Below, one piece after another: positions 38,315 through 51,391 of a stretch of 63,806 nt of DNA. Location of the stretch: contig JBNGIO010006112.1 in the NCBI GenBank assembly GCA_049999805.1, positions 1-63,806 of the forward strand, written 5' to 3'. The notes under the pieces are model-generated. The model ran no database searches, was not told where the DNA came from, and saw only the letters and a program-made list of their open reading frames with translations. Every line of letters begins with the position of its first letter. The first letter of the stretch is position 1. This DNA comes from Folioceros fuciformis (Eukaryota). A program made the translations under genes and the position numbers.

Positions 38315-40749
38315 TGATTTTTTGGTGGAAGATTTTTGTATCTTTGTAGAACTTTCATGTCCGGTCTGCCTGTTCGACGGAACAAAAGCGTGCTCTTTCT
38401 ATCAAATTTATTATTATTATTTAGAAATAATCATTGTAATATTGTAAAATAAAATATATCACATAGAAAATAATTTAAATTAAAAAAAATTAAATAACTA
38501 TAAGATTATAGGAATGAAGCAATATGACAACGGCCATTCTCAATCATCTATTATATAGGAATTTGCTTTGGTATCATTCATCTATGTGCATATTTTACTA
38601 TTTTACTTTTTTCAACTTGTACCACATTCTAGGTTGTGGATGGATATGGCACACACACCCTTTTTTTTCTTCCTGTTACATTCTTGTTTCAAAATTTGAA
38701 AGATGAGGACACTAGGCGGACTTGCATATGGAGGGAAGCAAAAGAAGTGGGCTGGCTGTCATTTCCTTTTAGGGAATAGTATGAAGGACTATGCATAGGA
38801 GTTAGTGAGGCACACTCTGGTGGTAGTGGATGGTGTTCAAGAGGACATTTGTTTGAGCGTTGTGAGGTTGTGGATGGTTTGAGAGGACATGTGTCTACTT
38901 ATTGCGTGTTCCATTAGTTGTGGATGCCATTTGAGAGTACATTCGTTTGTATCCTATACGTGACTACAATGACCATGATGTGAATAGAGGTAATTGAATG
39001 TAGTCGTCGTAAAAACAGAAATTGCTTTTCCACCCATCTCGAATCGGCATGCATAGGACGTAGTCCATGGGTTGGACATTGTGGTGGAAAATGAAGAGAC
39101 TACTGGAGATTGGAATGGTGTAGAATGTGAAAAGAGATTGCGAGTTGGTGGGAAGGACTATTTGGCTGAAGTGAGACATTGTGGTGAGAAGTGGAAAGAA
39201 CACTAGAGATTAGAATGATGTAAAATGCAAAGTGGGCTTGCAAGTTGGTAGAAAGGACTATTGGATTGAAGTGAGATTTGCAACACCTCTACATGTGGAC
39301 GGGCCTTTAGACAACGTTCTACTTAGGTTGTGAGACCCTCTTCTTGACAGTGGGTGCATTGGGCATTGTGCATAGGGATGGATTACCACTACTTTCTAGT
39401 GAGACATTGCAAAGTAGTTGGTTGTCAAAAAGACTCTTCCATTTAGTGAAACATGGTGCAACATCAGTACTCTGTAGTTGAGTGAAGCATGAAGAAGAGT
39501 GCGAGATGCAAAATGCCCTAAAAAACAGGCCCTAAATTAAAGTCACTCTTCTATCTGAACACGAATCGACCAATACATCTTTCTTCTACTTCCTCAAGTC
39601 AACGTCACCTGCATGCCATACGCCCATACGGTCTCGAGTATCGATACAACGTTGCTTTGGTTATGAGGTGTGCATGATAGGTTCACTCCTGTTTGTGGTA
39701 GTATGCTTGACGGCACAAACATGCCGTCAGACAAACAAGCGAGTTGCAGGAAGCTGTAGGTGGTTGCAACGGCGTGGTGGGTGCCCGCGTTGCTGAGAAT
39801 TGGAAGGTAAAGGAGCTTCAGAGTTCATAAGGTGGAAGAGTTTGTACATGGCCACCGGGATACCACACCGATACATCTGAAAAAGGAGAACACATGTTCC
39901 TGCAGGGAGGACTAGCTATGCAGCTCTAAATCTGACCTCTGCTTTGGGGGATTGCTAATGCAGGGTACATCGCAGAGAATTGAAAGGTGAAAGTCCTCCG
40001 CATACGCTTGTCAGACGAGAGAAGCCAATTATAGCCTGGTGCTTGTGCAGGAGCATGCTCTGCTGGCTTTGCCTCGAGGTCCTGCTCTTTCCAGCCTGCA
40101 GCATCATACTCATAGAACCAAGAGGTCGGGAATTTGGAGGGTGCACTGTCCCCTTATATTCTTGCAGACGTCTGACTGAGGTGGCGAAACTGGGTCATCA
40201 TGGGGCTCATCGCCAGGAAGCCATTTAACCTCGCGAAGCAAGAGCAGCTGTGCTTCAAAACCTCAGTTAAAAGCCACCACACCTTTCTTCAAATGCCCAT
40301 GCCTACGGGAATACGTATCCCGAGTCAAGACTCGAGTCCAGCTGCATAGGGCCGCCCTTGCGAAACACTTCCACCGCTGCCACTTCTAGTCCTTCGATGC
40401 AATTCCTCCATCTCATTTTAGCTTCCCTGACGTCGCTCGTACCTGGCACCCTTCGGTGCACCTGCACTTCCACCGCGACGCGCCTGGAAACACTCCTGGT
40501 GGGACAACACAAACTACAACGATCTCCTGAAAATCTCAAGAACAGAATACTCCCACGCTCGGCCCTTCAGACTGCCAACCTTAGCTGCTGCTCCAGATCC
40601 CAACTATCAAGATGCACACCAGCACAACAACTCCGAGAGGCACGTTGGCCACACCATGCTTTCAGCCTCACAACCAGCTTGAAGATCCGAATTTCCGCCA
40701 TCACAAGCACTCCAAAAGTACTTCATCGCAGTGAGCAAAAAATAAACTC

Positions 40750-41230
40750 TCAACCTAAGGTTCTCTGCAAACGCACAAAACTACCCTGTGAAACCTGAAA
40801 CACACGACAAGCCGAGCCAAGCCATCCACGATCAAGAGAAGATACGGCATATACCCTGTTCTTAGCGAGGCAGTCCCTGAGTTTCTTCTCCAAAATCCCG
40901 CATCCTCCCGACCGTTTCTCCATGCACTCCCACAACGGCGCACAATCGCATTCCGGCTCCAATTCTGTCTCTACACAACCACCGCAGCATCAGCCAGGCA
41001 CATCTGAGAATCAGCTAGCACGTCGTCAAAACAGAAAACAAAACTTCCGTGCGGTCACCTTGAACTCCAGAGTCGGGCACCGTGGCCAGGTGCGGGGAGG
41101 AAGGCAGGGCAGCGGGGGACGCCGAGTGATGCAGCAACGACAAGGAGCCGGCCGCAGCAGCTGCTGCTGCTGCTGTGATGCCTGCCGCTGCCGCTGCTTT
41201 GATGCCGACTGAGGGCGCGCTTCCAGACAT
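40750..41230 (-). CDS. Small Ala-rich/Cys-motif protein (CHCH-like); 3' end uncertain
   Basis: Exon 1 MSGSAPSVGIKAAAAAGITAAAAAAAAGSLSLL... splices in phase 1 (CAAG|GTGACC ... GTGTAG|AG) to ETELEPECDCAPLWECMEKRSGGCGILEKKLRDCLAKNR. Confidence 0.55.
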
Positions 41231-41706
41231 TTCTGTCCTTTCCCTCTTCCTCGTCCCCTTCCTCTTCCTGTGTTCCGTAGAAAGCCGAGCAAAGCGGAGA
41301 GAAGCGAAGCGAAGCAAAGCAAAGCGCAAATTCCGTTCGTGTGCAGCCCCGCTCAAAACTCGCCTTCTGAAACAATTTGTAGTTGCCACGCCGAGAAGTC
41401 GAGAAAGGTTGTATACTTCTCGCCTCACCAACGTGGCACCCTTACCTACACATCAGCATCAACAGTAGAGTTTCTCGAGCTACACGTCTTATTTACGGTT
41501 TAGACAATTTCCTGTTTCCTCCTAAGGTAGTATGAATATAAATAGCACAAACCTAAGTACATGTACAGATTAGTCGATACTTCAAGTATATAAAGAGTCT
41601 ATGGAGCTCCTGAGACGCAGGACCGAGAACGCTCTCGTACATACTCTAGGTGGCTGTGGAGTGCAGTCTGGACGATTGAAGCTAGTCGTTCAGGCGAGTG
41701 CAATCC

Positions 41707-42210
41707 ATGGTGAAGCATCCAGCTTCTCCGGCCGAGAAGGCGCGCGGCTCCGGAAGCGGCAGCCTTTCAGTGTCGAAGAAGGGAAGCGGAGGATCAGCAT
41801 CCAAGGAAGCATCGGCGTCCGGGGCGGCAGCTGGACACCCTGAGCTTACGGACTACGATTTGATTCTGCCTCCGTCTTTGCCTTTCAAGCGCGCTCGTCA
41901 AGCTGGAGATCGACACGGCAAGGGCCAGAACAGAGGGAAGCACTGGAAGCACTTGAAGCAGATTCTGCAGGCGGAGAATTACCACTTGTATCCCGCCAAC
42001 CAGCCAAATTATGTGAACATCGAAGCTCCTCCGTCGGCCTACCCTACCAAGAAGTATTGTGACATCACGGGCTTTGAGGCGCCTTACACGGATCCCAGAA
42101 CAAAGCTCCGGTATGCTAATGTCGAAACTTTCAAGAAGATTAGGTTCATGCCCGAGAACCAGGTCCAGGGTTACCTCGCCCTCAGGAACGCGTCAGTGGT
42201 TTTGAAGTAG
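41707..42210 (+). CDS. IES6: INO80 complex subunit C (IES6, YL1_C domain), single exon
   Basis: WKHLKQILQAENY...YVNIEAPPSAYPTKKYCDITGFEAPYTDPRTKLRYA...YLALRNASVVLK*. Confidence 0.92.
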   Translation: MVKHPASPAEKARGSGSGSLSVSKKGSGGSASKEASASGAAAGHPELTDYDLILPPSLPFKRARQAGDRHGKGQNRGKHWKHLKQILQAENYHLYPANQPNYVNIEAPPSAYPTKKYCDITGFEAPYTDPRTKLRYANVETFKKIRFMPENQVQGYLALRNASVVLK

Positions 42211-42852
42211 AATCCTTCGCTGGACTCGTTTGGATTCTTTTGTAGGTTGTGGTGAGAGCACACTTGGGAGTGCGTAATTTGTCAACTAGAGAAAATGCCG
42301 TCAGAACTCAAACGGACTTGTAGAACAGGAAATGACGTCGGAACTCAAATGAACTTGTAGAACGAGAAAATGACGTGATTCAATGCAACGTGTATAAAGT
42401 ACATAGAGCTATTTGCAAATATCTAATATACCTGTGCTCCTATGCCAGGTGTCTATGTAATCTATACAGTGATTGCTAACCCGAAAATAGTCAGAAGCGC
42501 ATAGATACCTCCTCCGTTAGGAGGTAGACCGCCCTGAAATCCTCTCGGGACAAGTGTGTTACAAAGCAGTACAGAATTGTGTTACATCTCTCCTGATTCC
42601 CCTTCTGCGAGTCTGCACGCCCGAGGCCCATCAAAGTGCTACTATACACAGGTTCCGTTGGTCAGCAGAATCTCTTTCACAAGCCAAATAACTATGGACA
42701 GTGGTATTTACAGCGAGACCCTGCAAAACATGAACACATAGGGGTTGCGATGAGAGTTCCGTAAAGCAGTGAGCAGATGCGATGTGCATAGCTAAGTGCG
42801 AACGAACGAGGTGATACCTTTCAGGGGTGGAAAGAAAAACACAGCAAGAACG

Positions 42853-45800
42853 TCACTCCAACTTGAGATTGTCGCACAAATGCCCGAGCTCTGGCCGAGC
42901 CTGCATCCAAGCTGCAAAAGCGGTGTCTCCAGCAAAAGTAGTACCTTGCGATGCTACTCTGTTGTACAGGTATGACCGGTAGGCGATCAAGAAGAAGTAG
43001 CGCCTGCATTGTCACGAATAGATGATCAAGTTGACGCTTTAGGAAGCTAGAAAGCTTGGGTGCAGCGAGAGCTGCCAGCGGACGAGCCAGTGTACTGACC
43101 TTAAGGCTTTGATGCCCATGTCATGGAGGAAAGCTCTACGCTCATCATCTCCTGCCACGCAATCCTCGAGCTGCTGTTTATAGAACAATACGTCGTCTCG
43201 CAAATTCCCTGCTCCTTCACATCTGCAGTTCATTCGAACAAGATCGACAGTTCGAGTTAGACACTGCGAATGAAGATGAAGCGCATGAAATTGTACGGAC
43301 GTTTCCGATACCTGTCGATAACGGCATCCACTTCGGATTTGCTGACGGGCCCGTTGGCAATTACTCGCGTTAAGCTCAGGACATCCCTGTAATCACCTTG
43401 TCGGAAAGCCTCCTTATTCTCTATGGGCCTCACTATGACTTCCGGGAGTGACGCGAAAGCACTGATATCCACGGGTCCAGAAGATGAACTGGATGCAGCT
43501 CTCAGCTGCTCATCAGCCTGTAGTCTGAGACAAGTGATGGCCATAGCGTATGCTACACCCCCAAACCCCGTATGAGACACGAAGAAGTACTCCACCTGGC
43601 TGCCAGCCCTACAAGGACAACCACAAGAAGGTTTAGAGAGATCCAGGAAGGCGGGCATGTATAGGCCCGTCCCTGCCCATCCAACAGTTGTCTGCGCATT
43701 GCAGACCCACCACGCGCAGACCGCTGCAAAACGGACAAAAACACGCCGTGTACGTTCATCTTCCCACATAAAGTAATGGGAATACTGTAGGGCGTCAGGT
43801 AGACATACTCATCCAGTCGTCGTTGAATAGCATCCACATCAACAGCCAAAGGGGCCCTCTCTCTTGTGAGAGGAACTCTGTCATAATCGACATTATAGCC
43901 TTCTGCCTTCAGTGATGCATACACCTCGAAAGGTGTTTTAACATCTTCAGGTGTGAGAGATTCCCAGTAGCCGATGATGTCTGACTGATTCGTTACTGGA
44001 TTGAATTCTTCCCGGTGCAAAAGCATACGGCCCCCATTGCGTGCAGCCTCTACAAGGATATCTTCCTTCAACCTGCTCTCCAGCTGCACAACCTGGAAGT
44101 TCAAATGCACCACACCATGAGGTCATGATGCAGAGGACACGAAAAGCACACACAGAACTCGTAATGAGACTCACCACGGGTCCTTTGATCCCCACGTGCT
44201 TCAAGGTGCTCACAGGCTGGTCAAGTTCACGTAGGACAAACGGATTTCCATGAATATAGACAACAGCTTCCTCCCTCAGGTCTGTGACCACAGCTTTCTG
44301 GCTCCCAACACCCCCCGGCGAGGGCTTGTGCTGTAAATGAGCCAGTACGGCTTTGATGCCATCCACTGTGGGCGTTGCCATGCTGTGGACAGGAACACCG
44401 CCAACCTGACATCGTTTTCACAATTGAACACGAACTAAAAATGAGTGTGACATACACGTAAGACATCCAAGTGAAACTTGCAACAGGAAGTACCAGATAC
44501 AGGGTGGGTTGCTTTCTCAAGAAACAAACTCTTCGCAAAAGTCCAAGCTTGCACTACCTTCCAAACGTTGGGTGCCCCAGGAATGGGCACATGATCTGCC
44601 GATGTCTTTTGGCCAGGGAAGAAATACATTTTCAGAATAGCACGCTTCCCTAACACTGCTCCATTGCGAGCTTTCACAATAGCTTCCATGACCTCACCCT
44701 CATTACTCTCGCTGTAGGTTTTGAAGTCTACTTCCTGCAAGCCATTCTTGTGAGCATCTCTCGCCAGAAACAAGGCATTTAGATATGACAAATACAGATC
44801 AGAGCAGAACACAAAAATTGCTTACTGGGATTGTAAACACACGTGCCGGTCGCAACCGCATGCTCCACTTCATCTGACGGACTTCTGGCCGTTGACGAAT
44901 CCAGGCTTTGAAGGTAGAGCACGGGAGGCCAGGCTGACAGAAACCATCAAAAGCTTCACTGCCTAGATACGATGCCAATGCAATCAACATGAAGTAGCGC
45001 TCCAGATATTCAACTCCTCGATTTAGAGATGCTCTCCTTGTATGGTGCTCCAAGTTTTGCTGATTAAATGATTTTCTATAGTGCAGAACAGCTTTCCGTA
45101 AATTCTGCATTGCAGCACACCTATCGATAACAGCATCCAGGGCCTCTCTGCTTTCCGTACCATTTGCCAATAGCCTGGTTATTTTCCTGACGATGGGAAT
45201 GTCATCCATGACAAATCCAGCCAGGGATCTGCTCCGTTCCAGTCTTAAATCCTCTCGAGGTGAAATAGCATCCATGTCTGGGGTCTCATTATTGCCCTCC
45301 TCCCCACTACTAGATCCAGAATCTGCCTCTGCTGTTTCTCCCAACAGTGCTTGCATCCGCAGAGGCCTACCATAATCACAACGTAGTTTCACTAAGCATG
45401 CAATAACTGTTCCTGTGGTTGTGCGCCCACGCCCCATCTGACGAATTGCAACGAGTTGAGTTAGCACCACTCTGTATCGATGTTCTAGCAGCTCACAAAG
45501 AAGGAGAAAACAGAAGGACCTGAATACCTGGCAGTTGAATACGAATGCTGTATTTTTAGGAGCTGCCGCAATCCTTACAGAAATGCTATCAAAGTCAGAG
45601 CTCTTGGGTGCCTTTCCATCGGTTATGGGCACACGAGCATACTCAACAAGGTACCCTTCAGCTTCCAATTTCTTGTACACCTCCAGCGGTGTCATGACAG
45701 TTCCCCCGTGAACCTGTTCCCAGGCATCGAAAATCTGTCCCTCCTCCGTTTCATGGTTCACCATAATTGCTCCCCCGTACCTATCAGCCTCCCTTAAAAT

Positions 45801-48800
45801 ATCTTCCTTCAGTCGTGCCTCCATTTGTTCAACTCTTTCCCTGTCTATGCCCTGACAATAAACCAGCAACGTGATGAATAATCAGTAAACATGTCCTAAA
45901 GCGTCGTCAAAACATGAACTGGGCGTCAAGTGTAAACTCACTGTATATTCCAGCATATTCTTGTACGGTCGTTCAACTTCTCGAAGCACGAATGGTTTCC
46001 CATTGATGTAAACAACAGGTTCCTCCCTCATGTTGTGCCATAACACAGTTCGCCCCGCGTTCCCAGAAACGACTCTGTGAAGTACTGCCCGAATACCATC
46101 AATGGTTGGGTTGGCTACACCATACACAGGAAAACCTACAACCTCTCTAAAATTAGGAGCCCCTTCAACTCTCTCTGGCAGATGTAAGTTCTGGCATCCT
46201 GGACAGTGATCACTTTTCAGTACAGTCTGCCTGCCAAGGACGGCGCCATTTCTGGATCCAACAACAGTCTCCATATTAGTGGGACGTCCTCCAGTCACAG
46301 CTGTCTTTTTAATTAGTCCAGGAGGGTTGTTACCATAACCCAGAGCTCCCATAGGATCCCGCCGGAGAAGCCTGCAAATATTTCATGCCAGCAGCAGGCT
46401 GTCAGCAGCGTCCTATTCCTTCACCTGACAATTTATCCCCTACCCAACTGATGACAACTGCTCAGCACACTTTCATATTCCAATCCAGCAGTCAACATGC
46501 CACTCCCCACCGACCTATCGATCCGCCAGGTTTTTTACCTGCGAAGGACACTGTACAGTTCAGGACGCGCTGCCATCCATTGCTGAAACCCACCATGACT
46601 GGGCTGTCGACCTTTCAATAGTGCTGACTGATCAGTGTGGATGTACACTGCAAAGCAAATGAGAAAATAATAGCGTTCCAAGTACTCAACAAAGTACGAA
46701 AGGGCTGCCTCGCGCTTTTTCTCATCTGCTTGACGCTGTATACTATTACGATAATTTGCTATCGCCTCTCGAAGGTTCTGTAACGCCACAGCAACAACCA
46801 ACAGGAAGCTTACAAAGAGGTGTGGCAAGCAGTAAGAGGTGAAAGAATTTCCAACCAGAAAACAAGCATTCAAGGTACAACATCTAACCTGCATGGCAGA
46901 GCACTTGTCGATCACTTTATCAACCTGGCGCTTGCTCTCAACACTACCCTGTCCATTACAACCCAGACGTGTAAAATTTTATGTGATTCTGCTCGTGACA
47001 ACAAGACACAGGAACAAGACAGCAATATTGATTCGGACATACCTCTAAAACTCGCATGAGGCTTCGAATCACAGTGTATTCACCTCTTCTAATAGATTCC
47101 TCAGAATCTGGAACATCATATACAGCCTCGGCTACAAAGTCGTGCACCTGCCCAGCAGAACTTGTTCGTGGAATACCTGAAGCAAGAGACCAAGTGCATT
47201 CAGTCCCATCGTCATTGACGACCATTTTCCTGTCAACTGAGAGCAAGCATGACTCTGCAGCAAACTTTGTACCGCTCAAATTTAAGATTACCTGTTGACT
47301 TGGTGCGACGAAGGTGGATGAGTGTTGCGATCACCATGCCAGTTGTTGTGCGACCTCGTCCCATTTGGCAGTTAAATACCAATGCTGTCCCAACCTCAGC
47401 ATGAGAAATACGCTGAACCTGCCAAAACCCACACAGCATTCGAAGCTGACATCAAACCTAGAGACACATGAGCTGTAGAGGTTGCCAGGGGGTATGTGTG
47501 TAACTGAACAGAAGCATGCAGGCAGAGTAGTAGAAGAGACTAACCAGAAGGTCAAAATCGCGCTCCTTGGGAGACTTTTCATCTGTGATTGGCACTCTTT
47601 CGTAATCAACTTTGTAGCCTTCAGCCTGCAAACCCTCATACACCTGTGTAGCATACAACAGCGTTCGTTAGAAGGATGTCCGAGGCTTCAGACAGCCAGG
47701 TAACCCAGAATCCAGACCTGAGAGATTACCTCCAGAGGGGTGAGGACTGAGTCTGGGCCTATGGGTTCCCACTGGTCAACCATTTGGCCATCTGGTAGTT
47801 CATCAGTCACCAGTACTTTTTTCTTGTACCTATTCTTCAAATCCACAATAGACTTAGGGGAAAGCGGAATGAACTGAGCTTGAAAAGCAGACATCTGGAA
47901 GTCCAGAGCTTTTACAACTTGCCTCAAACTGAAACATACCTTGCAGCCTCCCGCAACACATCTTCCTTGAGTCGAGCTTCCATTTGCTCCACTCTTGATC
48001 TGTTAATGCCCTGCACAACACACAACACCTTTGAGAGTCTGCCCAAAGCAGTACAGTACTGGGCATAATTAGCACAGTATCCCACTCTGAAGTCTCAGCT
48101 GGCTGATGGATGCACACAACGCTGGAGCTACTTGGAAAAACCTGCTTTCAGCAATGCATCCCATAGGGGACGGTCAAGCAAGGGTGCAGAGTCAAGGAAG
48201 GATTAGTGCAGACATCATGATGGACACACATGCTGCCGTAAATACAAGCTGCTGTTTCATGCATCGTTTATAGAGTCACACGCAAGGAGAGGCATGTGGA
48301 GGGAGTGTCCAGTTCCAATGATCACCCTAAGAGCTACACTCCACCTCAGCCATCTCCAGGCGGAACCAACTTGCATGGTCGTTCCTCAGCACTCCCATGG
48401 CTGGCCTGCCACCACAGGTTCCTTTTGAGCTTATGCTCAAACACTCATTTCCCCTACACTGCATCTCTAGGTTCGCACCAATCAAGCAACAGGTAATAAG
48501 GGCAAGACACGAGTCCTGGCAGACCTGCAACATTCTCCAAACTCAAACATAGCCTCGTGAATCCAGCAACACCAGGCAAGACGAGAGGGCATCGAGAAAT
48601 CATTCAAGCTAGGTGAATTGGGTCGGTAGAGAAGAGCGCCGACCGTGTACTCCAGATTCGAAAACGGACGTTCCACCTCTCGCAGCACGTAAGGTCTCCC
48701 ATTGATGTAGATGACCTACGGACAAGGAGGCCAAGGCAACGCAATTACCGATTAGGGCGGGTGACGGCGGGCAACAGATTTTTGGACCCAGCTTATGAAA

Positions 48801-49334
48801 TTCTTAGGCCACAACGACTTGCTGAAGTCCTTACCGGTTCCTCGCGCAAATTATGCCACAGTACTTGTTTGCCACCGTATCTGGTGGCCCCGACGAGATC
48901 GAGCACCCTGCGGATTCCATCCACAGTAGGAATGGCGACTCCAAACACCGGAAACGATCCAGCCTGCTGACATCATTACACAAGCTTAGTCCAGTCCCAG
49001 GGATGCGCGCACGGCTAAATTGTGCCGTCAGCGACAGGAAGTGCCAGCGAGAAATGCGATTTGTGATACGACGGAACATCCGCCCTAGTGTCAGCTGCTT
49101 AACTAGTTGGAAACTGCCACAGCATTTGAGCAACACCTGGCAGGCCACACGATAGCAGCAAAGCTTGCTTCAAGAACGAGATACCTGGCGGTAATTTGGC
49201 GCACCATCAACGTGAGGCAGGAGGCGTTTATTCTGGCATCCGGGAAAGTGATCGCTTTTCAAGATAGTTTTCTTCCCTAAAACCGAGCCTCCTCTGGTCA
49301 TGATCACATGCTCCGGCTCCCGAGGCGATCCCAT
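42853..49334 (-). CDS. Paladin-like triple PTP-like phosphatase, multi-exon
   Basis: MGSPREPEHV...ILKSDHFPGCQ...DGAPNYRQ. Three repeated modules are present; CX5R (FNCQMGRGRTT) occurs in modules 1 and 2 and is degenerate (VSHTGFGG) in module 3. It ends ARPELGHLCDNLKLE*. Confidence 0.93.
48095..48285. repeat. Dispersed intronic element copy 2 (in the ~630-nt paladin intron)
   Basis: Exact 20-nt and 19-nt matches to 8955-9000, plus a reverse-complement match to 9101-9145. Confidence 0.75.
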
Positions 49335-50190
49335 GGCGGCACGCACCAGCGGCTTCCAAGCAGCCGCAGTCACAGCCGGTGAGCGGGGAACTGCAGCTGG
49401 CGCAGTGCGGCAGCGCAATGCGGGGGCCCTAGGATTGCGATGCGGAGCAGCAGTGGGGACAAGAAAATTTGCTGAAACAAGAAGCCGGATCGGCGAATCG
49501 CCAAAGGCGAGCGGCGGAAGGGGACCGGGGGGAAGGCGGAAAGGCAAGACAGAAGAAAGGGAAGATGGCGAGGAAGGGAGGGAGGAGAACGCCGATGCCT
49601 TACTTATGACATACAAGCGGCACAGTACGTGAGGATTGTCACGCCGAAGAGAATAGTGGTGCGACAAGGTCACACGAAGCGCATGGCGGTGGAGCGGGCG
49701 GGCTCTGCTGCTCTGCTCTGCACTGGCTCTGGTTCTGGCTCTGGCTCTGCTTTTGCTGCTGCTGGTCCTGGAAGCTGTGGTATCCAAGGGCGGGTCGGGG
49801 CCGCGGCTGGTTGGCGCGTACCCAAGGCGTTGTGCACTGTCGGGGACGGAAGGGGACGCGACTGTTGTTGCACGCAGATAGAGAAGGAGCCGACGGAGAG
49901 GCCAGACGGGCCGCGAGCCGGAAGATGAACAAAGCGCACAAAGGCCAGACCAGGCCGCGCTGGGCTGGGCTGGACTGGACTGGGCGCCAACCAAGGAGAG
50001 ATGTGTGTGAGGGATGAGACGCCGCTCCTGCTCCTGCTCGTGCTCCCGGCTAAGGTAGGTACATATGTATGTATGTAGAGAGGTAAAGGTCGGTAGGTCG
50101 GTAGGTCGGTACAGTTATTATCCCCCTCCAATAATTGGCATATTCGGATGAAATGCTACCACCGCGTCGCCTCGTGCGTGCGGCAATTCC

Positions 50191-50265
50191 TTTGCCGGAT
50201 TCGAACCTCGGCCTCCAAGCTCAGAGTCCAGGTGCTTGAGCAACGTGTTACCTCGATGCGGCAAA
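50191..50265 (-). pseudogene. Degenerate tRNA-like sequence (tRNA-Gln(CUG)-like pseudogene or SINE head)
   Basis: The minus strand has AGCACCTGGACTCTGAG (Gln-like anticodon arm) and GGTTCGAATCC (T-loop/B-box), bounded by TTTGCCG...CGGCAAA. The D-arm is poor. Confidence 0.35.
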
Positions 50266-51391
50266 CCGCACCAGCGACTGGCATTTTCCTCCCACCCGCA
50301 CCAACATGCTCGATTTAACTGTCTCGTTATTGGATGCCACTGTTCGGGCTGAGTCAGCTATGTACAACGTTTAAACCCACCCGGTTTCGCCGCACGGTTT
50401 CGCCCAGGGTGCAATGATGAGCGTTGCAGGCGCGAGTGGCAACAGCATACGACAATTACCCGGTATGTCAAGCGTTGTTTCACTCGCCACCGGCTGCACC
50501 CGGTTATCCAGGCGGGTAAAACCCTGCGTATTCCGCCGCTGCCCACTTGGTTGCAATCGCCCGGTACGCCAGCTTGTGGGGCCCGTTCAAGAAAGGCCAA
50601 GGGATTATTTGGTTCACGTTCACGTGATTTGTCAGCTGACATTCGTTGGTTGAAGGGCCTCTTCAACCGCCAAAGCAAACTGTCCTTTGGAACTACTGCT
50701 GGGCTGTTGTAGTTTGCGTGGCTCGCTGCCTGGCTGGCTACTTTTACAAGCCATTTTGCTTCTTCTCTCTTCTCCTGTTTTCGTCTTGGGGATCCATTGG
50801 TTTGCTCCGGAAATCAAGCCTATAATCTGTAAAAAACGCTTAAAATTATCACCCCAATAAAATCCTCAAGGGCTTTGGATTGATGGAAAGCTGGAAGAGG
50901 ATGTCTAGCATACTAGGTTTTCATGTGCTCTCTGACAATTCCTTCATTGGATTTGTAGTTTTGCAAGTTATATCAAGTCTTGGGACGAGCTCCATCTTCT
51001 TCTCACAACTTTGTTATGGGCTACTCTTCAACGGGCCCTTCCCACCCTCTTGAATCTAAGTTGTCTCTCTTTTGGTATCTTTTTCTTGTCTGGAATGTGG
51101 GCAAGTATGAAGAGATATGAATGTCCTCAAATCAACTATGAAAGGTTTACGAAAAGGATGGGAAGCGATGGATTAGAAGACTTCCGCTCTTAAGAACCTC
51201 AATTACAAAACCTTTGAGACACAAAACAAGATCATCTTGTTGACAAGAAAGAAAAAAAGAGAAAGTAATCGGTGAGTATTCCATGGTTTATCACTGACAT
51301 TTTGGTGTAAGAGTCCAATCTTTGGGATGAAATGATCCCGGGTGTTCTCTTCTCCTTGTACTGATTGTGCCTATTTAGATGTGCATCAGAC

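Noticed and set aside
38700-39550. Retroelement RT fragment
   Set aside because: Only faint resemblance (RDGWKSNF) with many stops; too degraded to support a call.
49335-50131. Long N-terminal extension or uORFs of paladin
   Set aside because: Low-complexity GC-rich 5'UTR/intron sequence; conserved protein similarity begins at MGSPREPE (49334).
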